Assembly: GCA_017628235.1 (NCBI GenBank) | Contig: JAGBZM010000003.1 | Span: 1 to 54,228 of the forward strand | Direction of reading: 5' to 3' | From: Lentisphaeria bacterium | GTDB taxonomy: Bacteria; Verrucomicrobiota; Lentisphaeria; Victivallales; Victivallaceae | Length of the DNA: 54,228 nt | In this document: piece by piece, positions 45,602 to 54,228 of the stretch | Numbering within the stretch: the first letter of the stretch is position 1 | How the letters are laid out: every line of letters begins with the position of its first letter | Notes under the pieces: model-generated | Told to the model about the DNA's origin: nothing | Database searches by the model: none | What the model saw: the letters and a program-made list of their open reading frames with translations, nothing else | Translations under genes and position numbers: made by a program

Positions 45602-47378
45602 CGGTAAATTCCACATCTCCGGCAACCGGAACGGCAACTTTGTGCCAACCGGGAGCCAGTTGCGTAACAGCACACTCTCTGCCGCAGCAGTCGCGGACGG
45701 AGGCGCGGGCGGCAACCGGCAGTTCAACCATGATTTCCGGCACATTGGAAGCATTTACCACCACTTCGGTGAATCCGGCAGCAAGTTTGCTGCAGGGTAC
45801 TTGCAGCCGGTCAAGGTACACGGCACTGACCGCTTCAACGCCGCTTTCACCGCGCAGCAGCGGATAATTCATATCCGGAAATGAGGGGATGAAGCTGCCT
45901 TGTACCAGAGCCGCCTGATGCTGTTTATAAAACTCCAGACGGTAACGGATCATTGCCAGATGGGAGGCGGAAATTTCGGCCAGTTTTACCGAAACTTGCG
46001 GTACGGCAAAGAGGACCGACAGGAGTTGTTTGGCTGCGGATTCGACCGGTTCGGCGTAATCCCAGCGCAGCATGTCGCCGTGAACCGCTGTCGAACCGGA
46101 GGAAAGGCGCAGATCTGCGATCCGGATCCGGTTGGCGGTGATATCTCCGGGACAGTCTGCCGCGCGCATCATATTGCCGTATTTACGGATGGCCGGGCCG
46201 ATGTACTTCTGCCGGAATTCGATCATGATGTCCGGCTTGATGGCTTTGAGGGCATTCATGATCCCGGTCATCAGGACATCGGTAGCCTGCGGGATGTTTT
46301 TGAAATCACGGCCGGCATAATTTTCTGCAATCGCCGGATCTGTCACATTTTCCGGCAGAGCCAGCCGGTCGATAAAGTCCAGTTTGAATCCATCCAGATC
46401 CCAATCCTGCAATGCTTGGCAGTAAAGATCGATCAGAAATTTACGCACTTCCGGGAAACGGGGATCAAGGACGGAAGCTTGAGACAATTCATTGGAAAAA
46501 AGAAATTTACCTTTGAATTTGGAGTAATTTTTACTGTCAAACCCCATAAAAGGCACCGAATACCAGAGCATATATTTCATGCCGAGATCGTGGATGCGTT
46601 TGACATGAGCAGCCATATCCTGTGAACGGTTGGGGGCCACCTCCCAGTCGCCGCAGCTGGCGTAGGTACAGATACCGTCGGCACTCTGCCAGCCGTCATC
46701 GACGATGACCAGATCCATTCCCGCTTTCTTTGCTTCGGCACACTCTTTTTCGATTTCATGGTCGGTGATATCTTTGTGATAGCTGTACCAGGTGGAGTAA
46801 AGCGGTTCAAAACCGGCTTGCGGAGTGATGTTCGGGGTGTATTCCGGGAGTTTTTCCAGAGATTCAAACGCCTGTCCGATGGCTTGACTGAAGTGGATGC
46901 GGCGGCGGTCAAAACGCAGTTTCACCTGATAAAATGTACCGGGAGGTTCCGGCATGGTGAAAAATTTTAATTGCGTATTGATTTCAAAAGTGTGTTCCTT
47001 CACTCCGCTTTGCCAGACGATCCGGCGCAGCGCATCGGAAACTGAACAGCACATGGCATTGGTATCATCCTGATTGATCAATCCCAGTACCGGCGCACCG
47101 GAGGCCAGTTCGCTGATAAAAGTTTCTCCCCACTCCGGCAGGAGGGTCTTATCCAGATGCAGATTGGCATTCCACCGGGTGGCAATCTCCCCTTTGGGAA
47201 TGCGGAACGCAACCAGCATCGCCGGGAATTCGTTTTCACTACTGCCGGTCAAGGTCAGGGTCAATTCGTCCACGCCGTCGGCAACTGCGGCAGCTGTATG
47301 GGATAACTGCCATGAATCATTATTTTCCCAACTGACATTGACGGTGTAACCGCCGGGCATCAAAATATCTCTTTTCAT
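45591..47378 (-). CDS. Alpha-galactosidase-like glycoside hydrolase (GH36/melibiase-like)
   Basis: 595 aa with VIVDDGWQ, MKYMLWYSVP, LDPRFPEVRKFL and LDGFKLDFID, patterns typical of the melibiase fold. No signal peptide. Confidence 0.7.
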   Translation of the reverse strand: MKRDILMPGGYTVNVSWENNDSWQLSHTAAAVADGVDELTLTLTGSSENEFPAMLVAFRIPKGEIATRWNANLHLDKTLLPEWGETFISELASGAPVLGLINQDDTNAMCCSVSDALRRIVWQSGVKEHTFEINTQLKFFTMPEPPGTFYQVKLRFDRRRIHFSQAIGQAFESLEKLPEYTPNITPQAGFEPLYSTWYSYHKDITDHEIEKECAEAKKAGMDLVIVDDGWQSADGICTYASCGDWEVAPNRSQDMAAHVKRIHDLGMKYMLWYSVPFMGFDSKNYSKFKGKFLFSNELSQASVLDPRFPEVRKFLIDLYCQALQDWDLDGFKLDFIDRLALPENVTDPAIAENYAGRDFKNIPQATDVLMTGIMNALKAIKPDIMIEFRQKYIGPAIRKYGNMMRAADCPGDITANRIRIADLRLSSGSTAVHGDMLRWDYAEPVESAAKQLLSVLFAVPQVSVKLAEISASHLAMIRYRLEFYKQHQAALVQGSFIPSFPDMNYPLLRGESGVEAVSAVYLDRLQVPCSKLAAGFTEVVVNASNVPEIMVELPVAARASVRDCCGRECAVTQLAPGWHKVAVPVAGDVEFTAAG

Positions 47379-47514
47379 AGAATAAATCCTTAATGTTATA
47401 CGTGCATTGCTTTAACATAACACCGGTAATGAAAAAGTCAATGTACATTCAGGAGTTATTATGAAATTACCGCCCGGAGTATGGCGGGTCGCGGCCCGCC
47501 ATAACTTTGTCCGG

Positions 47515-48639
47515 TTATTTTTTCTCCGGTGAAATTGAAATCAGTTTGGCCAGATTTGCCGCCATCCGCAAGAGATTTTTTTCCGTTCCGGCGATGGCAT
47601 CACTCAATGATACCGGGCCGGGAGCGATGCTGAAGCAGCCGCTGAATATCTTTTCCAGAGCAGCGGTATCTCCCTGCAATGCTCCGGAAACCAATACTGT
47701 CGGCACCTGATATTTGGCCGCAGCTTCGGCTACACAGGCGCATAATTTGCCGCAAACCGTCTGCTCATCACTGCGTCCTTCGCCGGTTATCACCAGATCC
47801 GCCTGGGGCAGCGCATTGGTAAATCCACTGTATTCCATGATCAGGGAGGCCCCGGAAACCAATTGGGCATTTAGTATTTTCCGCAGCGCGAATCCCAGAC
47901 CGCCGGCAGCTCCGTCACCCGGATGATCCGCCGGATCATTCCACAATTCTGCCCAGTGGTGCAAATTGGCATCCAGACTTTTCACCATTTCCGCCGTTGC
48001 TCCTTTCTGGGGGCCGAAGACCGCTGCTGAACCATTGGGACCGCACAGCGGATTGACCACATCGCACGCGACTTTGATCCGGCATTGAGTCAGCCGGGGA
48101 TCAAGTCCGGAAATGTCCACGCGCGCCACATCCCGCAAGCCGCCGCCGCCGATACCATCCGGCAACAGCAGATCGCGGCGGTCAAAAAATCTGGCTCCCA
48201 ACGCCTGAAGCATACCGGCTCCGCCATCGACTGTCGCACTGCCGCCGATGCCGATCAACAGATCGCGGTATCCGTGTTCCAACAGTTTGACCAGCATGGT
48301 TCCAACTCCGTAAGTTGTTGCAGCCAAAGGATTCAATTCATCGGAAGTCAGACGTTCAATGCCATTGGCTTCGGCACTTTCCAATACGGCGGTATCCGCA
48401 AGGAGTACAGCCTGCCCCGTCACCGGACGCATCAGCGCATCGGATGTGGGGATACGGATAAATTTTCCGCTGCGGGAAGCCGCCAGTGCACCAGCCATTC
48501 CTTCACCGCCGTCGGACAGGGCAATCGTAACGACTTCATCCTTCGGCCGGATGCTCTTCCAGCCGTCAGCAAGTATCCGTGCTACTTTTTCGGCCCGCAG
48601 AGAACCTTTATAGGAGTCCGGGGCAATAATGATCTTCAT
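47515..48639 (-). CDS. glxK: Glycerate kinase
   Basis: MKIIIAPDSYKGSL N-terminus, GGGSATVDGGAGMLQALG and ITGEGRSDEQT. Confidence 0.9.
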   Translation of the reverse strand: MKIIIAPDSYKGSLRAEKVARILADGWKSIRPKDEVVTIALSDGGEGMAGALAASRSGKFIRIPTSDALMRPVTGQAVLLADTAVLESAEANGIERLTSDELNPLAATTYGVGTMLVKLLEHGYRDLLIGIGGSATVDGGAGMLQALGARFFDRRDLLLPDGIGGGGLRDVARVDISGLDPRLTQCRIKVACDVVNPLCGPNGSAAVFGPQKGATAEMVKSLDANLHHWAELWNDPADHPGDGAAGGLGFALRKILNAQLVSGASLIMEYSGFTNALPQADLVITGEGRSDEQTVCGKLCACVAEAAAKYQVPTVLVSGALQGDTAALEKIFSGCFSIAPGPVSLSDAIAGTEKNLLRMAANLAKLISISPEKK

Positions 48640-50597
48640 GCTTTGTCCACCTTTATCCTGAACGAAGCTGCCGGGGAACCGGCGGCATTATAGATTGTAT
48701 TTTCCGGGAAATCGGCCCATGCATAATAAACTTCTGCGGCATCAGCTGCATTCCCGCCGGAGAGGATAATGGTATTGTTGTCAACTTTCACATTCTCTGC
48801 CGCCTGGCAAGTGCCGTTTTCACTGACCAGAAACAATCCACTGTTTTCAGCAGTCAGCTTCAAACCTTCCGCGCAGGCGAATTCAAGGATGATACTGTGA
48901 TCCGCACGCGCGGATGCTTTCACGATCTCCGGTCCGGACGGAACTGCTTGTGTACAGTCGTAAATATGATGCAATGCACACATGGCCAAACGTTTACCTA
49001 CATCCCGCTTGTTTTGCGGGTGGATGTCGTTTTCATCACCGATATCAATGGCTGAAACCATATATGTATCCGGATCATCTTTGGCCAGCAGCCGTTGAGA
49101 TTCCCGCAGTTCCGCCCAGATGGAATTCCGGAGAAAACTTTTCTTTTCGCCATATCCGGCTAATTGCACCATGATGAAAGGCATACGCGGCAATCCCCAT
49201 TGCCGCCGCCAGTCATCGATCAGAGCCTGCATGATATCCCGGTATTTCCGGGCATTTTTCAAAGTATCGGCGTTGCTCTCGCCCTGATACCAGATCACCC
49301 CGCGTATTGCTCCGGGGATCAGCGGCCGGATCATACCGTTGAAAAGGATGCCCGGAGTATTGGGATTGCCCGGGCCGAAAGCTGCCCGTTTACACTCCAC
49401 TTTGCCCCGGTCATATTCGCTGATAACGCGCCACTGTCCATTGAGCGCGATCTTTTCTCCGGTACTTTGATTGATCAATTCCCATTCGCCGTTGATCGAA
49501 CCGTCGTGAGCAAAAGAGAACGCTCTGATGGCGACACAATTCCTGCCGCCTTTGACCAATTCTCCGGGAATGGAGTAATTGCGTACCGCATTCCAGTACT
49601 CAGTGTCAAAGTCTTTGCCGGTACGTCCGATCTCTTTGCCGTTGAAGTAACTTATGTCGTGTTTATCGACGGTGCCGCCGGTCAGCAGCAGATCACATCC
49701 TGCCCATGAATCAGGTATTTCCACGTACTTGCGTACCCAGATGGCTCCGTTTCCGGAAATGTACTGTTTGATCCAGCTGCCGGGGATCTTCATGGTCTGC
49801 CACAGAGAATCATCAAATCCGGTATCGGCATACCCCATTGCTTCGCCGCTGTTGCCGCTGTCTTTTTGAACTTCCGGCAGATCATCATAGAGGCTGGATT
49901 CGGTGAAACTCTTTTCCCAGTTGTTTCCATGCCAGTGGATTTTCCGCAATCCGGCGGCATAACCGGCTGTTTCCGGAGCTGCGCACAGTGCCTGATAACT
50001 CATCCATGCTTCCGCAATCGTACCACCCTTCGCGGAGGAGATTATGCCGATGGGAACTCCCAACTGATATTGCAGGCCCATTCCGAACCATGACGCAACC
50101 GCCGACATTCCGCCGCAATTATCCGGAGACACCTTCTGCCACCGGCCGCCGCAGGTGGATTCCTCTGCCCCGGAGGTACACTCCGGCACTGTGAATATCC
50201 GGAATTGTTCCGGATCCATGATCATCTCCCGGAAAAGTTTTTCCTGTTCATCGGCTACTTTTCCCCGTCCGGAACCGCCGCTGCATATTCTGCTGCCCAG
50301 GGTGTATTCCATATTGGATTGGCCGGATGCCAGCCACACTTCACCGACCAGAATATCCCGGCAGACAACTTTTTCACCGCTGTCTCCGGGAATGAATACG
50401 GTCAACTCAAACGGGCCGCCGGCCGGATGGGCGGGAAGATACAACCGGAAATTCCCTGCCGCTGAAGAACGGGTGACGGAAACAACTCCGTCAAATTCAC
50501 ATTTTACGGTCTGTCCCGGCGCACATTTTCCCCATACCGGGATATCCATGTCCCGCTGTAAAACTGCGCCATCCTGAAAAATTGAAGCCAGAAACAT
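48636..50597 (-). CDS. Sialate O-acetylesterase-like SGNH hydrolase with an inserted beta-sandwich domain
   Basis: GEVWLASGQSNME and WYQGESN motifs. 653 aa, with a 4-nt overlap with the glycerate kinase gene. Confidence 0.85.
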   Translation of the reverse strand: MFLASIFQDGAVLQRDMDIPVWGKCAPGQTVKCEFDGVVSVTRSSAAGNFRLYLPAHPAGGPFELTVFIPGDSGEKVVCRDILVGEVWLASGQSNMEYTLGSRICSGGSGRGKVADEQEKLFREMIMDPEQFRIFTVPECTSGAEESTCGGRWQKVSPDNCGGMSAVASWFGMGLQYQLGVPIGIISSAKGGTIAEAWMSYQALCAAPETAGYAAGLRKIHWHGNNWEKSFTESSLYDDLPEVQKDSGNSGEAMGYADTGFDDSLWQTMKIPGSWIKQYISGNGAIWVRKYVEIPDSWAGCDLLLTGGTVDKHDISYFNGKEIGRTGKDFDTEYWNAVRNYSIPGELVKGGRNCVAIRAFSFAHDGSINGEWELINQSTGEKIALNGQWRVISEYDRGKVECKRAAFGPGNPNTPGILFNGMIRPLIPGAIRGVIWYQGESNADTLKNARKYRDIMQALIDDWRRQWGLPRMPFIMVQLAGYGEKKSFLRNSIWAELRESQRLLAKDDPDTYMVSAIDIGDENDIHPQNKRDVGKRLAMCALHHIYDCTQAVPSGPEIVKASARADHSIILEFACAEGLKLTAENSGLFLVSENGTCQAAENVKVDNNTIILSGGNAADAAEVYYAWADFPENTIYNAAGSPAASFRIKVDKA

Positions 50598-50688
50598 CCT
50601 GATATCCTTTTTTTGATTTTTATGTTATCTGTTCATCAGATAAGATACATCGCTTACTGAAAAAAACAACTTTTTTTACAAAAATCTC

Positions 50689-50717
50689 TTGTATTTTTTT
50701 CCGGGGTGAATTATATT
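50689..50717 (+). promoter_or_regulatory. Sigma-70-like promoter candidate
   Basis: TTGTAT (50689-50694), a 17-nt spacer, then TATATT (50712-50717). Confidence 0.45.
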
Positions 50718-50775
50718 CATATGGTGCGGGGCAGTGAGTTGTCCCGGAAACGGAAAATCTAACAGGGAGGTGGAT

Positions 50776-51606
50776 ATGGCTGTTTTGACGATCGCCAGAG
50801 AACTCGGAGCCATTGTCAGCGGAGAAGAACTTGCTGTGTGTGCAACTCTCGGTCTTCATTGTATCAGTCGGGCCACTCTGGAAAAACGCTTTCTGGAACT
50901 CGGGATCGACCGCAACTGTTTTCACCGTTTTGATGAGTGCCGACCGGGAATTGCCGGAGCAGTGACCAATGGTGCCAGCTGTTACTGGGAAAATTTGCGT
51001 ACCATTATCCTGCAGGAGCTGCTTCAGGACAATATTGCCATCATCGGACGCGGCGGCAACTTTCTGCTGTATGAATTGGTCGATTGCCTGCGGGTCAGAT
51101 TCGTTGCTCCCCGGGAATACCGTATCCGGCAGATCGCCAGAGAACGTGCCATTTCCGAAAATGAAGCCGGTAAAATCATCGCTCAGAGTGATGTCGACCG
51201 GGAAAAATTCTGCAATTTTTATTACGGAAAGAGTTGGAAAGACCCGGATAATTACGATCTGGTCATCAATACTGCGGAAATTCCGATGGAAAAAGTCGCC
51301 ATTCTGATCCCGCAACTGCTGCCGCCGCCGGTTTCCGGGGCAGAAAAACAGCAGTTGCAGCTGCTTATCCGGGCGCAGATCATCAAGCAGACATTGTGTG
51401 CCGCCCCGGAATTGCAGCTGCATTTTGCCGAGGTAATGGTTGATGAAAGCGGCACAGTCACTCTGCGCGGGAATGTTGCATCCTCCTCCGCTGCGCGGCG
51501 GGCGGAAGAGATCGTTGCCGCCATGCCGGAGGTCAGTGCGGTCAACAATGAGTTGGTCGTAGTACTCCAGGATATTCCCAACCGTTTGCCGCCATTCATG
51601 CATTGA
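50776..51606 (+). CDS. Cytidylate-kinase-like family protein with a C-terminal BON-like domain
   Basis: ATG 50776 follows GGGAGGTGG. The N-terminus MAVLTIARELGA and the NFYYGKSWKDPDNYDLVINT motif are typical of cytidylate_kin2-type proteins. The C-terminal VTLRGNVASSSAARRAEEIVAAMPEVSAVNNEL resembles BON. Confidence 0.7.
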   Translation: MAVLTIARELGAIVSGEELAVCATLGLHCISRATLEKRFLELGIDRNCFHRFDECRPGIAGAVTNGASCYWENLRTIILQELLQDNIAIIGRGGNFLLYELVDCLRVRFVAPREYRIRQIARERAISENEAGKIIAQSDVDREKFCNFYYGKSWKDPDNYDLVINTAEIPMEKVAILIPQLLPPPVSGAEKQQLQLLIRAQIIKQTLCAAPELQLHFAEVMVDESGTVTLRGNVASSSAARRAEEIVAAMPEVSAVNNELVVVLQDIPNRLPPFMH

Positions 51607-51638
51607 TCAGTTGTGGCGGTACCCGGTCAGAATGCCGG

Positions 51639-53177
51639 TCAGCGGATACGGGAGTTATATAAGACGGTGAAATTTTCCAGCGCGCGGTCATATATTTCCG
51701 CCTTGTTCCGATCCGGGACGATGATCGTTTCCGGGGCGCAGAATTTTTCCGTTAATCCGGCAAATGAGTACTTACCGATGCTGTTTGCCGCCCGCATGGC
51801 AGCTCCGAGTGCAGCGGTTTCCGCTGAACCTCCGGTGTAAACCGGTACCTGGAACACATCGGCGGCCAACTGCCGGAGCAGCGGACTGACGGAAGCTCCG
51901 CCGGTCAAACGGATGGAACGCAAATTAAGCATATTTCCGGCATGAAATCTGATGGTCAGCATTTGGGATTCCAGAAATGCTCGGATAAATTCGCCGGGAG
52001 AGAGTGCCCGGCAGTCAAAATCGTAAAGCATTCCCGGTGTTGATACCGGAGGTGTGGATTCCGGCAGCACAAAGGGCAGCAGCTGATGCCGGCCCGGAAA
52101 TGTCCGGTTGACTGCTGCGGCGGTCTCTTCCCAACTCAAATTGAATTTTTCCCGGATCACCTCCCGGGCAAGCGATCCGTTGGCAAAGCAGAGCAGCGTC
52201 ATGAATCCTCCGGCTGGATTGCCGAAGATATGACCGTAATTCCCTTTTATATCCGTCAGCGAACCGGCTGAACCGAAAAACGTATCACTGGTCCCCAGAG
52301 AAATTACGGCCGTACCGGGAGCGTAACCGCCGCAACCGATGAGGGATACCGGATTGTCGCCGGACCAGAGATTGACCGGGATGCCCGGACGCAAACCGTA
52401 TTTGGCAAAGTATCCGGATAATTTGCCCGGAGCCGCCGCTGATGGCGCACATGCCGGCAGTTTTTCCAATAATCCGGGGGCGGTAAATGCCGTTAACTCC
52501 GGATGCCACTGCATTGTCCGGAGATCCAGCAGATTCATTCCGGCTCCGTCGCCATGATCTATCGGCATATTTTCTCCGGCCAGTATCGAAGTCATAAAGG
52601 AACTCAGCAAATGGATGAATGTTGTCCGGCGGTACTTTTCTTCCTCTTCGCGGGAAAATTTCATGATCTGGGCGGCGGCAAAGCGCATTACTGCATCACT
52701 GCCCGTGATATCACGCAACTTTTTACCGAAGTGCTTCTGCAGCAATTCACACTCTTTGCCGGTGGACGCATCCATCCAGATCGGAGCTGCTGCCCGGCTC
52801 AATGCCGCTTGCAATCCGCTTGCCAGATCAGTATTTCCGAAAAGATTTTTCAACCTTTCCGGAAACGAATCATTCAGATATACTGTCCCATGCTGCTGAG
52901 CCGATCCGGAGATCCCGGAAACTTCCGCCAGCGGCCAATTTGCCTGATTCATCCGGGTGAAAAGCAGATCCAGCGCAGCGGCGAACATCAGCGGATCTGC
53001 CTGCCGGACCGCCGGATCGCTGTGCGGCAGAAATCCTGACGGCGAATTGTATTCCGGCAGATCCCTCCCGTAATGTACGCTTACAGTTTCACTGACCGTA
53101 CCTTTGGCCGGATCGATCAGCAGTGCTTTCATGCTCTGGGTGCCAAGATCAATACCTAAAAAGCTCATTTGCCGCAT
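51639..53177 (-). CDS. FGGY-family carbohydrate kinase (xylulokinase-like)
   Basis: FLGIDLGTQSMK N-terminus, GTSDT and a C-terminal GGASVSPLLRQLAADVF. The alternative start is ATG 53168. Confidence 0.85.
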   Translation of the reverse strand: MRQMSFLGIDLGTQSMKALLIDPAKGTVSETVSVHYGRDLPEYNSPSGFLPHSDPAVRQADPLMFAAALDLLFTRMNQANWPLAEVSGISGSAQQHGTVYLNDSFPERLKNLFGNTDLASGLQAALSRAAAPIWMDASTGKECELLQKHFGKKLRDITGSDAVMRFAAAQIMKFSREEEEKYRRTTFIHLLSSFMTSILAGENMPIDHGDGAGMNLLDLRTMQWHPELTAFTAPGLLEKLPACAPSAAAPGKLSGYFAKYGLRPGIPVNLWSGDNPVSLIGCGGYAPGTAVISLGTSDTFFGSAGSLTDIKGNYGHIFGNPAGGFMTLLCFANGSLAREVIREKFNLSWEETAAAVNRTFPGRHQLLPFVLPESTPPVSTPGMLYDFDCRALSPGEFIRAFLESQMLTIRFHAGNMLNLRSIRLTGGASVSPLLRQLAADVFQVPVYTGGSAETAALGAAMRAANSIGKYSFAGLTEKFCAPETIIVPDRNKAEIYDRALENFTVLYNSRIR

Positions 53178-53195
53178 ATTCCTTTCCCGGATGAT

Positions 53196-54228
53196 TTACA
53201 GATTGCACATCTGGCGGATGCAGGCCAGGTCTGCTGCGGATTGTCCTGTTGCTGATGACGGTTCTTTGATCCGGTCTGCCAGCGTCAGCGCGATATCCAG
53301 AGCTTCGGAACAGTTGCGGATAAAGCGGCGGCGGCTTTCCAGCTGATCTTTGACATCGGCTTCGGCCCGGAGCATGTGGCAGTCAAACTCCACCACACCG
53401 CGCCAGTTGAGTTTTTTCAAAGTGTGGAACATCATTACTGTTTCTTTCAGGCCTTCCGGTCCGACCAGCGGCGGAAAATCATCATCAAACTGCGCTTTGA
53501 TCTGACTGCCGAAGTGGAGAAATTTCAGCTTGTTCATACTGATGAGATAAGCTGCTGTCATCACCGGACTCATCAGCGCCATGCTTTCATGTTGGAGCAG
53601 TTCCGGATTTATCCCCCAGAAATCCGGTTCATTGAGCTTGCTGCAGATGAAGCCCACCGCATGACCGGATGTCGGCAGAAACATCTGACCGCGCGGTTCA
53701 TTGGGTTTGGGTTCGATCGTGCCGCCGATATAGTTGGTCATCCGGTTGGCCCGGATATAGTCAGTGACATTGTTCAAACCGTCAGCAAGATACTGGTAAA
53801 CCTTGTCCCACTGCGTGACCACCGGAACTTCAAAACCATCTCGCGCAACCCAGTATACATAATAGTCCGCATTGAAAAACTGCCCCAGACGTAAGGTCCT
53901 CTGGACTTTCAACCGGGCCAGACGGCGGATCTCCGGAGACGGATTGCAAAGACCGCCGTCGCGGAACATCGGATGGCCGTGCAGACTGCAGATCGACGAA
54001 TTTACCGAAACTCCGGCTTCGTCCAGTATCGATTTGATCTCATGAATTCTATCATACGCAGCACTTTTCGGATCAAGATCATCTTCCGGATTTTCCGGGT
54101 CCCAGGGAATCAGGTCATCATCATGGTAGGCGGTCGCTTCGATCAACCCGGCTTTCCCGGCTTCTGCAATCAACCGCGCCGTCTGCAAGGAATCTATCCG
54201 GTCAAGCACCGGCCCACCAAATGGATCA
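53196..54228 (-). CDS. Class-I xylose-isomerase-family protein, 5'-truncated by the window end
   Basis: The frame stays open to the window edge (..DPFGGPVLDRID..). Motifs are YHDDDLIPW, IEPKPNEPRG, NPELLQHE, FDDDF and EFDCH. Located 18 nt upstream of the FGGY kinase. Confidence 0.75.
   Translation of the reverse strand, partial: DPFGGPVLDRIDSLQTARLIAEAGKAGLIEATAYHDDDLIPWDPENPEDDLDPKSAAYDRIHEIKSILDEAGVSVNSSICSLHGHPMFRDGGLCNPSPEIRRLARLKVQRTLRLGQFFNADYYVYWVARDGFEVPVVTQWDKVYQYLADGLNNVTDYIRANRMTNYIGGTIEPKPNEPRGQMFLPTSGHAVGFICSKLNEPDFWGINPELLQHESMALMSPVMTAAYLISMNKLKFLHFGSQIKAQFDDDFPPLVGPEGLKETVMMFHTLKKLNWRGVVEFDCHMLRAEADVKDQLESRRRFIRNCSEALDIALTLADRIKEPSSATGQSAADLACIRQMCNL

Overview
54.2-kb chromosomal window with about 45 protein genes and no rRNA, tRNA, CRISPR array or obvious mobile element. 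The gene content suggests a PVC-superphylum bacterium (Lentisphaerota, Verrucomicrobiota or Planctomycetota-like). This rests on an H-X9-DG prepilin-type protein and many secreted glycan-active enzymes, and is inference only. Recognisable housekeeping genes are galM, ppiB, dapA, a YitJ-type homocysteine methyltransferase/MTHFR fusion, clpB, a TrmH-family methyltransferase, pnp, hrpB, xerC/D, rpe and hisI. Sugar genes include glycerate kinase, sialate O-acetylesterase, an alpha-galactosidase-like enzyme, a GHL6-like hydrolase, and a class-I xylose-isomerase-like gene (cut by the window end) next to an FGGY kinase. Four regions are not explained by standard annotation. (1) 30597-40961 is a tightly coupled seven-gene operon: three SPFH/band-7 paralogues (one with a large polytopic N-terminus), a His/Cys-rich P1B metal ATPase, an ABC-2 exporter with an atypical permease, and a 540-aa unknown protein, followed by a CNNM/CorC gene. 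This is my best candidate for an undescribed membrane system. (2) 20538-26114 holds a GntR/sugar-binding regulator, an H-X9-DG pseudopilin lacking the canonical -1 Gly, two paralogous secreted proteins sharing an unannotated TIM-like core, and a small secreted protein of unknown function. (3) 43509-45587 is a MurB-Ddl fusion with a two-helix membrane tail. (4) There are several non-coding candidates: tandem 206-bp-period modules at the left edge (possible sRNA gene array), a 137-nt 6S-like extended hairpin at 12566-12702, a pseudoknot-capable element upstream of a GNAT gene, and a long structured pnp leader with no rpsO. The many long antisense ORFs are codon-register artefacts. All family calls come from motif recognition by eye; no database search was run.
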